From Azolla caroliniana (lineage: Eukaryota > Plantae > Polypodiophyta): a DNA stretch of 64,000 nucleotides. The stretch is taken from assembly GCA_043228905.1 (NCBI GenBank), contig JBHGNT010000012.1, positions 11,036,001 to 11,100,000 on the forward strand, given 5' to 3'. The translations under genes and the position numbers were made by a program. Below, piece after piece: positions 49,192 through 61,790 of this stretch (positions are counted from its first letter, which is position 1; each line of letters starts with the position of its first letter). The notes beneath the pieces are model-generated. The model was not told where the DNA came from, searched no databases, and saw only the letters and a program-made list of their open reading frames with translations.

Positions 49192-52100
49192 TGTCATGAT
49201 ATGGCAAGACTCAAACCCATGATCTTATGCTACATGGGTCGAGTTCTTGACCATTAGACCATACATTGTAAACGTAGAATATTATTTTCATTTATATTTT
49301 ATTATAGAAAATTGATGTATATTCCAGATTTCTCTAAAACATTCTAGAAACTTCAGGAGTATTCCTGAGAACACTATAAAAGGAGGCACAAGGCATTATT
49401 TCGAACCAAATCGGTTCAACACCACTCTTAAGCCTCCTAGCTACTATTGTATACTCTCTTCACATAATATATATCTTTATCATCATTCTCTCACCCTTTC
49501 TCTCTCTCGCTCACTCTTTCCTTCTCTCGAGAGTTCTACACCTCTCTTAGTACTAATCCTCATCTTTTAGTACTAATTCCTTCTCTGTCTTAGTACTGAT
49601 CCTGACAGTTTGAACTGATTTTCCGTCCTCCTTCCGTCTCCTCCTTTCCTCTTCCTTTTATCTTCTTACATATCCCCTTTTTCCGGTCTTCTTTTCGGTT
49701 TCCCTCATCTTCTTACCCCGTTCTTCCTTTCATACTAATCCTTTTATCCTCCCTAGTAAAATTGAAACTGTTAGCGCTCAGGAATACCAATCTGTTTTCT
49801 CGGAGCTCCAGTGCTTAAAGGAGAAATTCGTAGCACTAGAACAAGAAAATCACCGTTTGTTGGGGGATCTTCAACAAATAGTGCTGGAAAAACAACAACA
49901 CAAGGAGCTGACGTTGTATGTGCAACAACTCGAAGCAACCATCGTAGTGATGTAACAAAAAGGACCCGAAACACAAGGGATTCATAAAGAACCCAAGATC
50001 GGACTTCCCATGAAATTTGATGGAACGTGATGGCAGTTTAGAGGGTTCCTTATTCAAATGCATCCTTCCCGATATCCCACCGATGCATCATGAGTGGGTT
50101 TAGTAGGCACGTTTTAAGTGGCTCAACGTTGGCATGGTTTGCTCCATTGTTAGAAAAAGAATCTCCATTATTAAACAATTTTGAAGAATTTATAAGTGAG
50201 TTTAAAGCCTGTTTTGGAGATACTGACAGCATAAGGACATCAATCAACAAAATCCGACAACTATGTCAAGGCAATCGTCCAGCCTCCACATACGCTGCAG
50301 ATTTTTGCCTACTCGCCTTCGATATCCCCTGGGATGATCAAGCGTTAATGGAGCAATTTCGTTATGGTCTACATAACGATGTCAAAGATTTACTCTTAAC
50401 CTTTCCCAAAGAACCAAAGTCATTAATAGAAGCAATTAGTCGCGTAGTGAGATGCGACAATCGCCTCTTCGAACGACGTTCGGAACGTCAGTTCTAGATG
50501 CCAAGGGAAAGATTTGAGCCTACCTACGCCACCGTGGTAGCGAAACCTTTTCCGAGGGAGTCATATAATGTGACTCCAGTAAGTACTCCAACTCTGATGG
50601 AAATTGACATCACACATCGTTGTGGACTACTATCAAAAGAAGAAAAGCAACGACGCCGAGCAAACCGACTATGTCTTTATTGCGGTGGACCAGGGCATAT
50701 CGCGGTAAATTGCTCCCATAGGCCAAGAAGGCAGGTAAACCAAATAGTTGCTAGTTCTAATTGTACTAAACCCGAGTCTATTTCAGCAGGGATATTTGAT
50801 AGTCTTAATAGTACTAATAGCCCAAAATCTGGTGAACAAATTTGATGTCCTTAGTAAACTCGAAGAAGAGTTAAACGACTAAGTCCAACCAAAATAGGAG
50901 CCGTTTGGTTGGACAGCCCTAGATCTGTGCAACCCATTAGTGGTTCCATTCCCTCTAAGCAAGTTAGCAATGTGTTCGTAGCCCAAGTAACAGTTAGTAC
51001 TAAAAGTACCCCTCAAGTACATGTCTTAGCACTTCTAGATTCCGGAGCTAATTCTTGCTTCATGGATAGGAACTTTGCCCAAGCTCATGAGATATCACTC
51101 AGAAAACTCCTATGTCCAGCCTCTATAGTAGTCATTGATGGTCGTCCCATTGCTTCCGGAAATATCATAGAAAAGTTAGAGCCCGTTAATATTGTCCTAG
51201 ATAATCTAGCATGTGTAGTATCATTTAATATAATTAGCATCCCAGAACACCCCATTGTTTTAGGATTACCATGGTTCAAATTACATAACCCAGACATAGA
51301 TTGGAGAACAAGAGAAATCCGGTATCGAAAAGCCAGAGGGTCTACTCATGAGATTGCAACCATTTCGCTACATCAGTTGCAAGAAGAAGGACACAAGGAA
51401 GAAATGTTTCTCTTCGCAATATCGGTAAAGCCCTCAGACACCATTAAAGAGGAGTCCACTGCTCAACTTCCAAAGAAGTATCATCATTATGCCGATGTGT
51501 TCGATAAAGTACAAGCCAATACGCTTCCACACCATCGACCGTATGATTGCCCCATCGATTTACAACCGGGGAAAGAGCCACCATGGGGACCAATCTACAA
51601 TTTGTCACCAACCGAGCTAGAAGTCCTGCGAGCCTATATAGAGGAGAATTTGGAAAATGGTTTCATTCGACATTCGAAATCTCCAGCCGGCGCACCCATT
51701 ATCTTCGTCAAGAAAAAGGATGGATCACTTCGTCTCGTTGTAGATTACCGTGGCTTGAATAAGGTTACAATCAGAAATAGGTATGCACTTCCCCTTATCT
51801 CAAGTCTTTTAGAATGGATCAATGGTGCCAGTTTCTTCACGAAGATCGACTTACAGGGAGCCTATAACCTCGTACGGATCCGAGCAGGAGATGAATGGAA
51901 GACCGTGTTTCGCACCAGATATGGGCACTTCGAGTATATGGTCATGCCGTTTGGCCTCACTAATGCGCCAATAGTCTTCTAGCACATGGCAAATGATATA
52001 TTCCGAGATCTCTTGGATGTTTGTTTGATCATCTATTTGGAGGATCTATTGGTTTATTCGAAGACCCAAGAAGAGCATGATTCTCATGTACTGTTAGTAC

Positions 52101-52444
52101 TAAAACGACTTCGAGAACATGGTCTTTATGCAAAGTTGGAAAAATGTAGTTTTGGATGCAACCAGGTGGAATTTCTGGGCTATGTCATTTCCTCGGAAGG
52201 CATCTCCATGGCCCCAGCTAAGGTCAAAACTGTAGTAGAGTGGTAGACTCCGCGTTCGGTACGAGATGTGCAAACCTTTTTAGGCTTTGCTAATTTTTAC
52301 CGGAAGATCATACAAGATTACTCAAAGCTCGTTCTGCCTCTCACATAGCTTACCAGGAAGGGACAATCGTTCGTTTGGTCTAAAGAAGAGGACATGGCTT
52401 TCGAGAGTCTTAAAAAGGCATTTACATCGGCTCCAATTCTAGCT
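49192..52444 (+). mobile_element. Older Tcn1-like chromovirus 5' part (LTR, gag, PR, RT), paralogous to 35256
   Basis: LTR 49192-49607 followed by gtttgaactgatttt. gag with stops. pol ALLDSGA...MPFGLTNAP. Truncated before RNase H. Confidence 0.92.
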
Positions 52445-52700
52445 TAATGCCTTGTGCCTCCTTTTATAGTGTTCTCAGGAATACTCCTGAAGTTTCTAGA
52501 ATGTTCCAGAGAAATCTGGAATATACATCCATTTTCTATAATAAAATATAAATGCAAATAATATTCTACGTATTACAATGTATGGTCTAATGGTCAAGAG
52601 CTCGACCCATGTAGCATAAGGTCATGGGTTCGAGTCTTGCCATATCATGACACTATCCCCCCTTTAAAACAACGAGCGTCACGAGTCGTTTTGGATTGGT
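52445..52700 (-). mobile_element. Inverted 3' end of the same chromovirus family (end of INT, PPT, U3 part of LTR)
   Basis: 52445-52652 is the reverse complement of 49192-~49398. 52653-52700 is the reverse complement of the 40030-40076-type sequence including the PPT. Confidence 0.88.
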
Positions 52701-52719
52701 GTTCCGATCTGGCTCCTCA

Positions 52720-53498
52720 CTGACATCCTCTAGGTGCACGATATATTGGGAGACCGCTTTGGCAACGTCTACTTTCTTTGGTCCTGGAGTTCGGTGACAT
52801 TTCGTTTGTTCACTTTTTCGATCCATTCTATGGCTTGTTTTCAGATAGTTTCCTGAGTCTCCCATTCAGCCATCTTCCCTTTCGACTGGGTGGTGACTTG
52901 TTGGATGTCGGCCACCTCTGCGACCACCATGTTGACTATCAGCCGTTTTTTGTTAGTCTTCACTGGACACTGATTGTTGTAGTGCCCGTCCTACCGGCAA
53001 TAGTAGCAATACACCTTCCGTGTATTGCTAGACTCTACTTTTGGCGCGTTACCCAACTGAAAACCAGGTGATGCCCAATTGGGCTCCTCTATTCTTCGTT
53101 GTTCTGATTGAGCGCTAGTTATGCTACTATCCGGCCCCCGTTGGTAATCCTTCACCCGTTTCCGACGCTCCTCTTTTTGAGCGTTCCGTTTTTTATTAAA
53201 ACGTCGGTTGTTTCGATATCCTTGCTGGCACCGATCATCATAGTCTCCCCATTGATCCGCTCTCCTACGATTGTAGTCGGGGGAGTAATCTCGATCATAA
53301 CGATCACCGTTATAGTCCCGACTTCGATCATTCCGGTTCCGGTCATAATCGTCCCGTCTATCACTGTATCAAACATCTTGTATCGGTCTGTACCGATCGT
53401 CTCGGCGAAATCGTTCTTCTTCGTCTTCTTGGTCGTTCCGGGTTTCGATGTGCCGGATTGGTGCAACTTGCCAATTTAGTAGGTTGTATTCACAGCGG
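52720..53498 (-). pseudogene. Gypsy gag fragment (RD-rich region plus zinc knuckle)
   Basis: Minus-strand KVYCYYCR*DGHYNNQCP preceded by RD/RY-rich repeats. Cut by the LTR at 53499. Confidence 0.65.
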
Positions 53499-56400
53499 TG
53501 TCATGAAGATTCCGGGCCATAAGCGGAAACAAGGTGAAACGTGTAGGGACACTGGTGTACGCGAGTGCACACCCCGAGGGAATTAAATAGGACAAGTACT
53601 AGGCATAAGTATAAGGAGGGGTACTAGGTAGTTAGAGCATTAAAGAAGATATAGACATCGCATAAGTAGGGAGAGTTACGAGGATAGTAAATCAGGGGAG
53701 AGAATCTAGGATGAAAAGTGACGAGTCATGAATGCTTGTAACGGTCACTCCTTGTGCTATAAAAGGGGCGACCTTTGACTGTCTTCGGAATGCCATCTAG
53801 AGAAAAGGATATACAGAGAAGGACCGACGACTGATCGCGGAAGAAGGCGTTTCCCCTGCTCGCGTCTGAAGCCCGAGTGCTCCCGACCTGGGGATTGACC
53901 TTCTACGCACTGACTTCTCTTTGTATCTGGCTATTACCAAGCTCCACGCTCCATCACCGACTTTGATCCGACTGTAATCACCCACCGCACTGTGCACCTG
54001 TGTTGTTTACCAAGCTCCACCCTCCATCACTAGCTCTGATCCGACTGTAATCACCAACCGCACTGTGCACTTGTGTTGTTTAATAGAAACCCTCTTTGTG
54101 TAACAAACGTTTTTCTCAGTGTCTTGCCCGTGTCTGCGTCTACGCACGACTCTTTTACCCTCTCTCGGTCGCTAGCATTACTTGTTTTCCTACGGTCCCA
54201 AGACCTACACAATTCTCAAAAGGCTCCCTTCTCGTTTCCTCAATTCCTCGGTTCGAGACCCCCGTGGTCTTGCCCGAATTCCACGCATCCACGAGGATAA
54301 CCTCAACATCATTGGTGAACCCGACGTGAAAAAGGGTGGCAAAGGAATCTGGAGATGAGAGGAAGCAAACTTGCAGAAGCAATGGCGGTGGCGGTAGACC
54401 GCCTGGATAGTGCTCACGAGGGCACGAGTGCCCTCGACCAGGTCATAGAGGCAACAATCGGCAAGATAGGCTGGTTCGGTGGAAAGGACGCCATGAGTTA
54501 CTTAGAGGCCTACAAATCTGAAATGTAGATGAGGAACATACCCGAAGATAGATGGCTAGCGGGGTTTCCCCGGATTGTAACACCACACATCCATACAGAG
54601 ATGGTCGAGATACAAGCGGGCTGTCACGATTGGGTGGAGTTCTCAAAGGAAGTTCTCAAGAGGTACAGCTATGATGATTCGCTCCGGCTATCAAGAAAGG
54701 ATTTTATGGACTAGGTCAACAACCCCGACAAGGTTCAGAACGCTTCTGCGCTCCTCCAGGAGTTCGAGTCACGGTTCGCACGACTCTCTAGGTTGGAACG
54801 AACCGTGCTCGAAATGAGCAAGGTTCTATTTTTTGTCACTTTGTTCGACTCACGCGTCCGGGAAAGCGTGGGTCTTCTTCAAGAAACCAACCAAGCCCTC
54901 ACGACTGACTGGGCAACCGTCAAGGAAGCATGCAACAGGATTGACAAACGCCGGGACTGGAAAGAAAATGGTTCCTCATCGGTCGAACCGGTTGTCGAAA
55001 TCAGGGCCGAACCAATGCCGACCCGAATGGAAGAAACGAGGAGGTGGCTCAAGCTAGGCCCACCCCCGGCGAACATAGTCGCGGGACCTGCAGGTGGCGC
55101 CAGGCTAGAAGAACTGACAAGGATCGTGCGCGACCTCCTATAAGGGAAATGATGAAACAAGAACCAATTCCGTCAGGAAGGCTTCATGATGTTTAGCAAC
55201 TTGTGGCCATACTTGTCTAAGGTTCTCTTAAGGAAATTCTTTATACATCATGGGTGGAAGATACGCGCGGCTATAAGAGCCACGGAAGAGCTACATGGGG
55301 CTTGCCCGAACGTCAGGGTGAGCGTCGTCGACATAAACCAACACTTTTTCGTGCAAGAGACGTCCTCTCACCCGGTCATCCTTGGGGAACCATACATCAC
55401 GGCGGCTAGAATGGAAACAAAAGTGTTGGACAATGGTTCAGCCTACGCGAGGGTAAAAAGTTAGGATAGCCGTCACTCCGTTTAATTTTTGACCGTTCGG
55501 AAGAACCACGAACGAAATCTGGACACCCTCGGAAATGATAACAAGCCGGATTTGTGAAAAGGGCTATCAAGGCGTGGGGCCATTATAGTATGGATAACCG
55601 GAAAGCTCCCCACACTTGTAAAATAGGTAGGAAAGTTTTGTTCTCCGACAACGGAGGATGTACCATAGTCAGCATCAGTGGTCGAGAAAGAAAACAGGCT
55701 GAGATACGCTTAAAGGTGTGCGGAGCCTTGAGCCGTGACGAAGGAATTGGGGAAGCCGTGGAGGCGGTCTCGTTCGATGACACCCTGGGGGAAATCGGGA
55801 AGGTAGTCGAAGGAGGTCTAAGCGAAGACCGAGTCATACCGGTCAACTCGATCGACATGTATGCAGTCATTGCGGAGTTCGAAAGAGGAACCCGGGCGCA
55901 TCGGATCGCCCGAGTAGACACGAAATACAAGACTGTGGATCGGAAGGTGAAGCCCGTCGCGGCTCCCTTGCCGGAGGGCAGCCGGGAACGAATAAAGGGG
56001 GTCGCTATCGACCCCAACTTACGGGATCCGGCCGGCATAGGGCACCGTTTCACCGACAAAACGCTACGAGAGCTGAAGATCGGTGGGGGTGGTTTCCTGC
56101 TTCCGGCAGAAGAGGATCGGTTTAGAAGGATGCTCGAAAGGCACGGAAAGGCCTTCACATTCTCACCAGGAGAGATCGGGTGCGTCGACCCGACCATCGT
56201 CGAGCCAATGGTAATCTTTACGGTACCACATGTACTATGGAGCCTCAAGCCAATCCAAGTACCGAGGGCTCACATGCCGATGCTGATGGAGCTCCTTAAA
56301 TAGAAAGTAGAGCTGGGCATCCTCGAACTGTCGAGTGCCCCCTATTCTAACCGGTGGTTTACGGTATCGAAGAAGAACGGTACGCTGTGGTTCATCCAAG

Positions 56401-59342
56401 ACTTACAACCGGTCAACAAAGTGACCATCCGAAATACGGGAGTCGAACCGTCGATCGATGAGTTCGCGGAAGCCTTCACTAGAAGGTCCATATACTGAGT
56501 CGGAGAACTTTACTCAGGATACGACCAATTCCAGCTGGCCATGGAAAGCAGGGACATCACAACGATGCGAACCCCTCTCGGTCTAGTTCGGATGTGCACC
56601 TTACCACAAGGAGGAACCAACTCGGTTGCACACATGGTGAATGCTATGAACAGAGTTCTGAGGGATTGCATTCCGGACATCACCATGCCTTTCCTGGATG
56701 ACATCCCTATCAAGGGGTGTCCGAAGGACACCAAGGATGACTCGATCGGCGCGGACGGGTGCCGAAGGTTTGTCACGGACCACATTTCCTACTACGAAAA
56801 GATACTACAGAGGCTCGAAGGCGCGCGGCTTACCTTCTTGGGAGAGAAGTCGGCCTTCAGGCAACAAGAGATATTAGTGGTTGGCCACCTATGTGGGTCG
56901 TACGGCCGGAAGCCATCGCTGACCAAGGTAGAGGCCATCTCGGCAATGAGGGAGGAGTGTGGATCCGTCACAAAGGTCCGATGATTCTTAGGGGCATGCA
57001 CCTTCTACCACATATGGATCCCTCACTATGTGCACGTCGCCGAACCGCTCTACGGCCTGCTAAAGAAGAGCAGGAAATTCAAATGGGCAAAGGAACATAC
57101 GGAGGCAGTCCGGAGGCTAAAACGAACGCTGGCCGCGGCACCGGCTTTCCGCAAAGCGGAATACGCACCAAGTACTCCGGTCTACATCATAGTGGACACC
57201 AGCCCGACCAGGATTGGATGGGTCGTGAATCAAGAGGACGAAGACGACACGCGCTTCCCTATCCAGTTCGGTGCGAAGGTACTAAGTGAACGACAGCGAG
57301 GATACGCCCAAGTCAAGCGCAAGCTGTGGGGTATCGTTTCGGCGGTTAAGGTCGACAAAGACTACTTAATTGGGGCGGAAGTAATTATAGAAACGGACTG
57401 CTTGCCGATTCTCGGTATGGTCTTCGGATGCATGACCCCTGACCTGGCCATGCTCAAGTGGATTGCGTACATCAAGTCCTTGAACCCGGAGATACGACAC
57501 ATCTCGGGTAAAGACAACGCCATGGCCGACATGCTTTCCAGAGCAAGATTCGAGGACGAGGACGACATTGAATCGGAGAACGAAGAAGTCGGCGCGGACT
57601 TCTTCAAATCGGCGAGGATGAGTTTAAAAAGACGAAGCACTCTGCCAGTAAATGAATTCGACGAGGACGGCTACGATGGAGAATGGCTTCTAATCGGGAA
57701 GTTTCTAAAGACAATGACTAGGGAGGAGGCCGGACAGCTCCGGAAGAAGGCATACAGATATTTCCTACGGAACAGGAAAATCTGGAGGGTTCCAAAAAGG
57801 CGAAATGACACGCCGCTCCGGGTAATAGCGCGGACGAATGAACAACAGAAGCTGATGTCAGAGTTCCACGAGAGCCCTTGGTCTGGACACCGGGGTACAT
57901 GGGCTACATTCGAGAAGTTAAAGGAAAAATACTGGAAAAATGTGAAAGCTGCCAGATGCACTCGGTGGTTTAGCACCGCGACGAACTACACCCGACTTAT
58001 CCTCCGACCGTGCACTTCAACTGGATGGTTGACTTAGTTATGATGCCGATGGGCAAAGGGCAGAAGCGATACCTAGTGCTGGCTAGAGAGGACCTAACCA
58101 ACCAGGGAGAGGGACGAGCACTAACGAACAAGACCATCGCGGTAGTATGTAAGTTTCTGATCGAGGATGTCATATGCCGATATGGGTGCGTGGGGAAAAT
58201 CGTGGCTGACCGAGGAGAGCTAGACGTGGAAGAGGCCGAGGAACTGTTCGATCAGTTAGGCGTAAAACTGTCCCTCACAACGTCATACAACCTAGAGGCA
58301 AATGGAAAGATTGAACGGGGCCACCGTCCGATCGTAAAGGCCATTGTACGCGCGTGCAAAGGTCGAGCCGGCAACTGGTTGAGGTTGCTCCCATACGCGC
58401 TGTGGGCGGACAGGACCACCCACAGTTCGGTGACAGGGTACATGCCGGCGGAGCTAATGTACGGATAGAAACCCATCATGCCAGTTGAGAGAACGATCGC
58501 CTCGTGGACAACAATCGATTGGTCTAACGAAATGAGTAGAGAAGAGCTGCTAGCGGCACGAATTCGGCAATTCGAGCGAAGACCGGAAGACGTGGAACGA
58601 GCCACGGTAAAGGTAAAAGAAGCGTGGATCCGAAACAAAGGCCAATTCGACTGAACGCACCGACTCCGGCCAAGGAAGATCGAGGAAGGTGATTGGGTGT
58701 TAGTCTACGACAACAGCCTCGACAACCAACATAGGTCTACACGCAAGTTTGCGAAGTGTTGGTTCGGATTGTACATGGTAAATAGCGTCAATAACAACGT
58801 GACGTATCATCTCGTGGAGCTTGACGGGACGCGGATAACGACTCCGGTGGCTGGGAAGCGGATAAAAGCCTTCAAGAGATGGAACAAAGCAGAACCGAAC
58901 CTGGGAGCCGAAAGCGCCAGTTCAGGAGAGGATGACGAGTAACTGATGGCCCGGAATCCCTCACTAAATTCGCAATCCGGCACATACCGGAGGATGTGCG
59001 ATTTAGTGGGGGTGGATGTCGTGAAGATTCTGGGCCATAAGTGGAAACAAGGTGAAACGCGCAGGGACACTGGTGTACGCGAGTGCACACCTCGAGGGAA
59101 TTAAATAGGACAAGTACTAGGCATAAGTATAGGGAGGGGTACTAGGTAGTTAGAGCATTAAAGAAGATATATACATCGCATAAGTAGGGAGAGTTACGAG
59201 GAGAGTAAATCAGGGGAGAGAATCTACGACAAAAAGTGACGGGTCATGAATGCTTGTAACAGTACCTCCTTCTGCTATAAAAGGGGCGACCTTTGACTGT
59301 CTTCGGAATGCCATCTAGAGAAAAGGATATACAAAGAAGAAC
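53499..59342 (+). mobile_element. Near-complete tRNA-Trp-primed Gypsy element (decayed)
   Basis: 5' LTR 53499-54308. PBS tggtgaacccgacgtgaa at 54313-54330. gag (partly deleted), then RT (FLDDIPIKG), RH and INT (HESPWSGHRG, VADRGE, EANGKIERGH). PPT agtgggggtgga. 3' LTR from 59017, interrupted at 59343. Confidence 0.92.
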
Positions 59343-61790
59343 TGTTGTCCGCCGGAATAGAAATGGACAGACAAGCGCGTAGGAATAAGAAATAATATAA
59401 GATCATAACGCATGTAACGGTTCACGTAGGAAGCGTGAACAGCTAAATAGACCCTGCATATATAAAGGGCAAAAAACCTCTGATAGAGGGAGCGTGTATT
59501 TTGGAATGTAAAGAGCGTATCCTAATAGAATTCTATCTTCTCTGAAAATCTGTGTATAGCGACGACTAATCTACTATGTGTATAGAACACCTGAGAGTGT
59601 AAGAACGTGAGTGTAACCACTGCTAAGGACTCGGTTGTAGCCGTCTCCCTTATACGCTGCTAGGTTACGGGGAACATACCCCTACGTATACGCATAAACG
59701 CCACCATTTGTTGTTTCACAATCACTTGTAGGTCTAGGTCGAAGGACTGACCGCAGACTGTTGTCGTGAAAATCCGTCACTATGTGCGGATTGTGAGCCG
59801 GAATCGCTGGGGTTCTGGACTAGAAGGATTTAGAGCAACATGTACAACACAAGCAAGCTTTAAGCATAAGACAAGTGGGAGAGACAACATTAGTTTATTG
59901 CAAAAGAAAATCGATTCTTTGTAATTTTAGAATCGTGTTACAATGGGTTGGGTATGGAAATGAGAGATTAATTTTTCAAAGAAAGGAGCCAACAACCATG
60001 CAAGGAGTGGTCCGATATGAATACGAGAGATAATTTTTGACAAGAAAGATCAAGGAAACAAAGCTAGGAGTTTGATATCAATATGTGAGATAATTTGTTT
60101 CTCGAATCCGAGAGGGAAGAAGAAAAAAAAGGGGAAAAAAAACTAGGAGGGAAAAAATGGGACATATATCGAGCTCCTCGTTGATCCTCCTCCCCAATGT
60201 TACTTTGCATGCCCACTTTTAGTTGGATGGCCTCTATTTTTAATTGCATGGCCTTTGCTTTTAGTTGCATGCTTCCATTTTTAGATGCATGCCTTTTACT
60301 TTTAGTTGCATGGCCTTGGCTTTTGGTTGCATGCGATTGTCCATATAATTCGGCCAAATGACACAATCATCCATAAAGTTTAGCCTGTGCGCAATCCGTA
60401 TGTGCATCGCAACCAAACCATAGACGCGTCCACGCGCAAAAGTCCCGACCGCGTAGTAGCTTACGCATCCACGCATGCGTGCGTCCCGACCGCGCCGTAG
60501 TGTACGCATCCACGCATGCGCACACACGCATCGGCGCGCGTGTCCGCACATACGCGTCCGTCCGAAACGTCCACGCGTACGCCCAAAACTTGCACACGCG
60601 CGTACATCTTAAGACGTCCATGCGCGCGTACATTCGAAAACGTCTAGTCGGCCATGCACACGCACCTACGCCCGAAGAGTGCACACCACACAATGTAGCC
60701 CAAGTCACCTTGAACATTCTATGTTCCACACATTGATAGAATGAATATGTTTTGGTTTCCCTTATATATCCTGGGTTCTAATGTTGTCCTATCTATGTGG
60801 GATATCTCACAATTTTGTCTTTTCTTTCTTCTTCTTCAAACTTCACAGTCACATAGCTTGATACTTGTTTATCCGTTTCATGCGTAGTAAAATACGCTAT
60901 GAAACTCTTGAAGACATCTATCTATATGAATACATTAAGCTAATCTTCAATAATTATTTTACTAGTTTTCATATTGTGTGTGAAAAACCACACGACACCT
61001 GTTCCTAATCGGTAACACTTTTGGCACGCTTGGTGATCTGTGTCTTCTCCCAGACAAACAACGACGAATGGATGTTTAGCCGTAGACGCCCCAGGGAATC
61101 AACACGACAAGACCGACCAATCACAAGGTCCGTCATACGCCAAACAGAGGAACGCGCACGACAAAAGCCTCGCCTCAGCGACCCCAGTACTACCTGCCGT
61201 GATTACAAAGGTACGCGGGCAGTACGGTCACCACAAATGTGACCCGCCGTAGCCCCCAGCATGGCCTTAGCCTATCCCTGCTTTAACGGCGAAACTGACG
61301 CCGCAACCCATATTCGCATGTTCCTCAATGTCTAGAATGCTAACCACATGGCGTAGAGCCTTTCGGAGGCGGTAGCGCACCAGTCGAAAATGACGGAGTT
61401 CGGGTTAACATTGGATGGGCGAGCTACATTATGGCATTCACAGATGGATTTACCAACAATCACAACCTTCGATCAGTTGCAGTCTGCCTTCTTGCGGTTC
61501 TTCCATCGGAGGGTTCCACAACGCGAAATCCTCAGATAGTTCTACACGATTAAGCAACTGCCGACCGAGACGATCGCGAACTTCAGCTTACGTTTCCAAA
61601 ATTTACGGCGGAAACTGGAACGGAGCCCCGCGGAGGACGAGGCTCGCAAGACATTTCGGGCAGCATTACGCCGACCCATATGGGCAACGCTCAACAACAA
61701 TAACGTGAAAGGGGAAACGGCGGATATGGTCATTGAACGAGCGTTACAACTCGAATTGGAGGAGGAGGAAAGGTTTTCTATGTCCAACAC
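59343..61790 (+). mobile_element. Non-chromovirus Gypsy 5' fragment: LTR (interrupted by a solo LTR), Arg-like PBS, gag remnant
   Basis: tgttg...cggtaaca (ends 61017). PBS-like tggcacgcttggtg at 61022. gag YPCFNGETDAATHI...TLDGRATLW...FDQLQSAFL...IKQLPTETIANFSLRF at 61260-61780. Confidence 0.7.
59762..60997. mobile_element. Solo LTR (1236 bp), inverted relative of 14803-16090
   Basis: TIR tgtcgtg/cacgaca. Flanks actgt/cctgt. The reverse complement of its right end aligns to 14803-14970. Internal acgcat/cgcgt-rich repeat at 60390-60670. Confidence 0.7.

Noticed and set aside
52576-52650. Functional tRNA gene
   Set aside because: A/B boxes and a T-arm-like segment are present, but there is no acceptor stem or credible anticodon arm. 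Reported as a tRNA-like promoter module only.
55141-55247. Captured gene fragment replacing part of gag/protease
   Set aside because: About 100 bp of filler with stops and no recognisable source.
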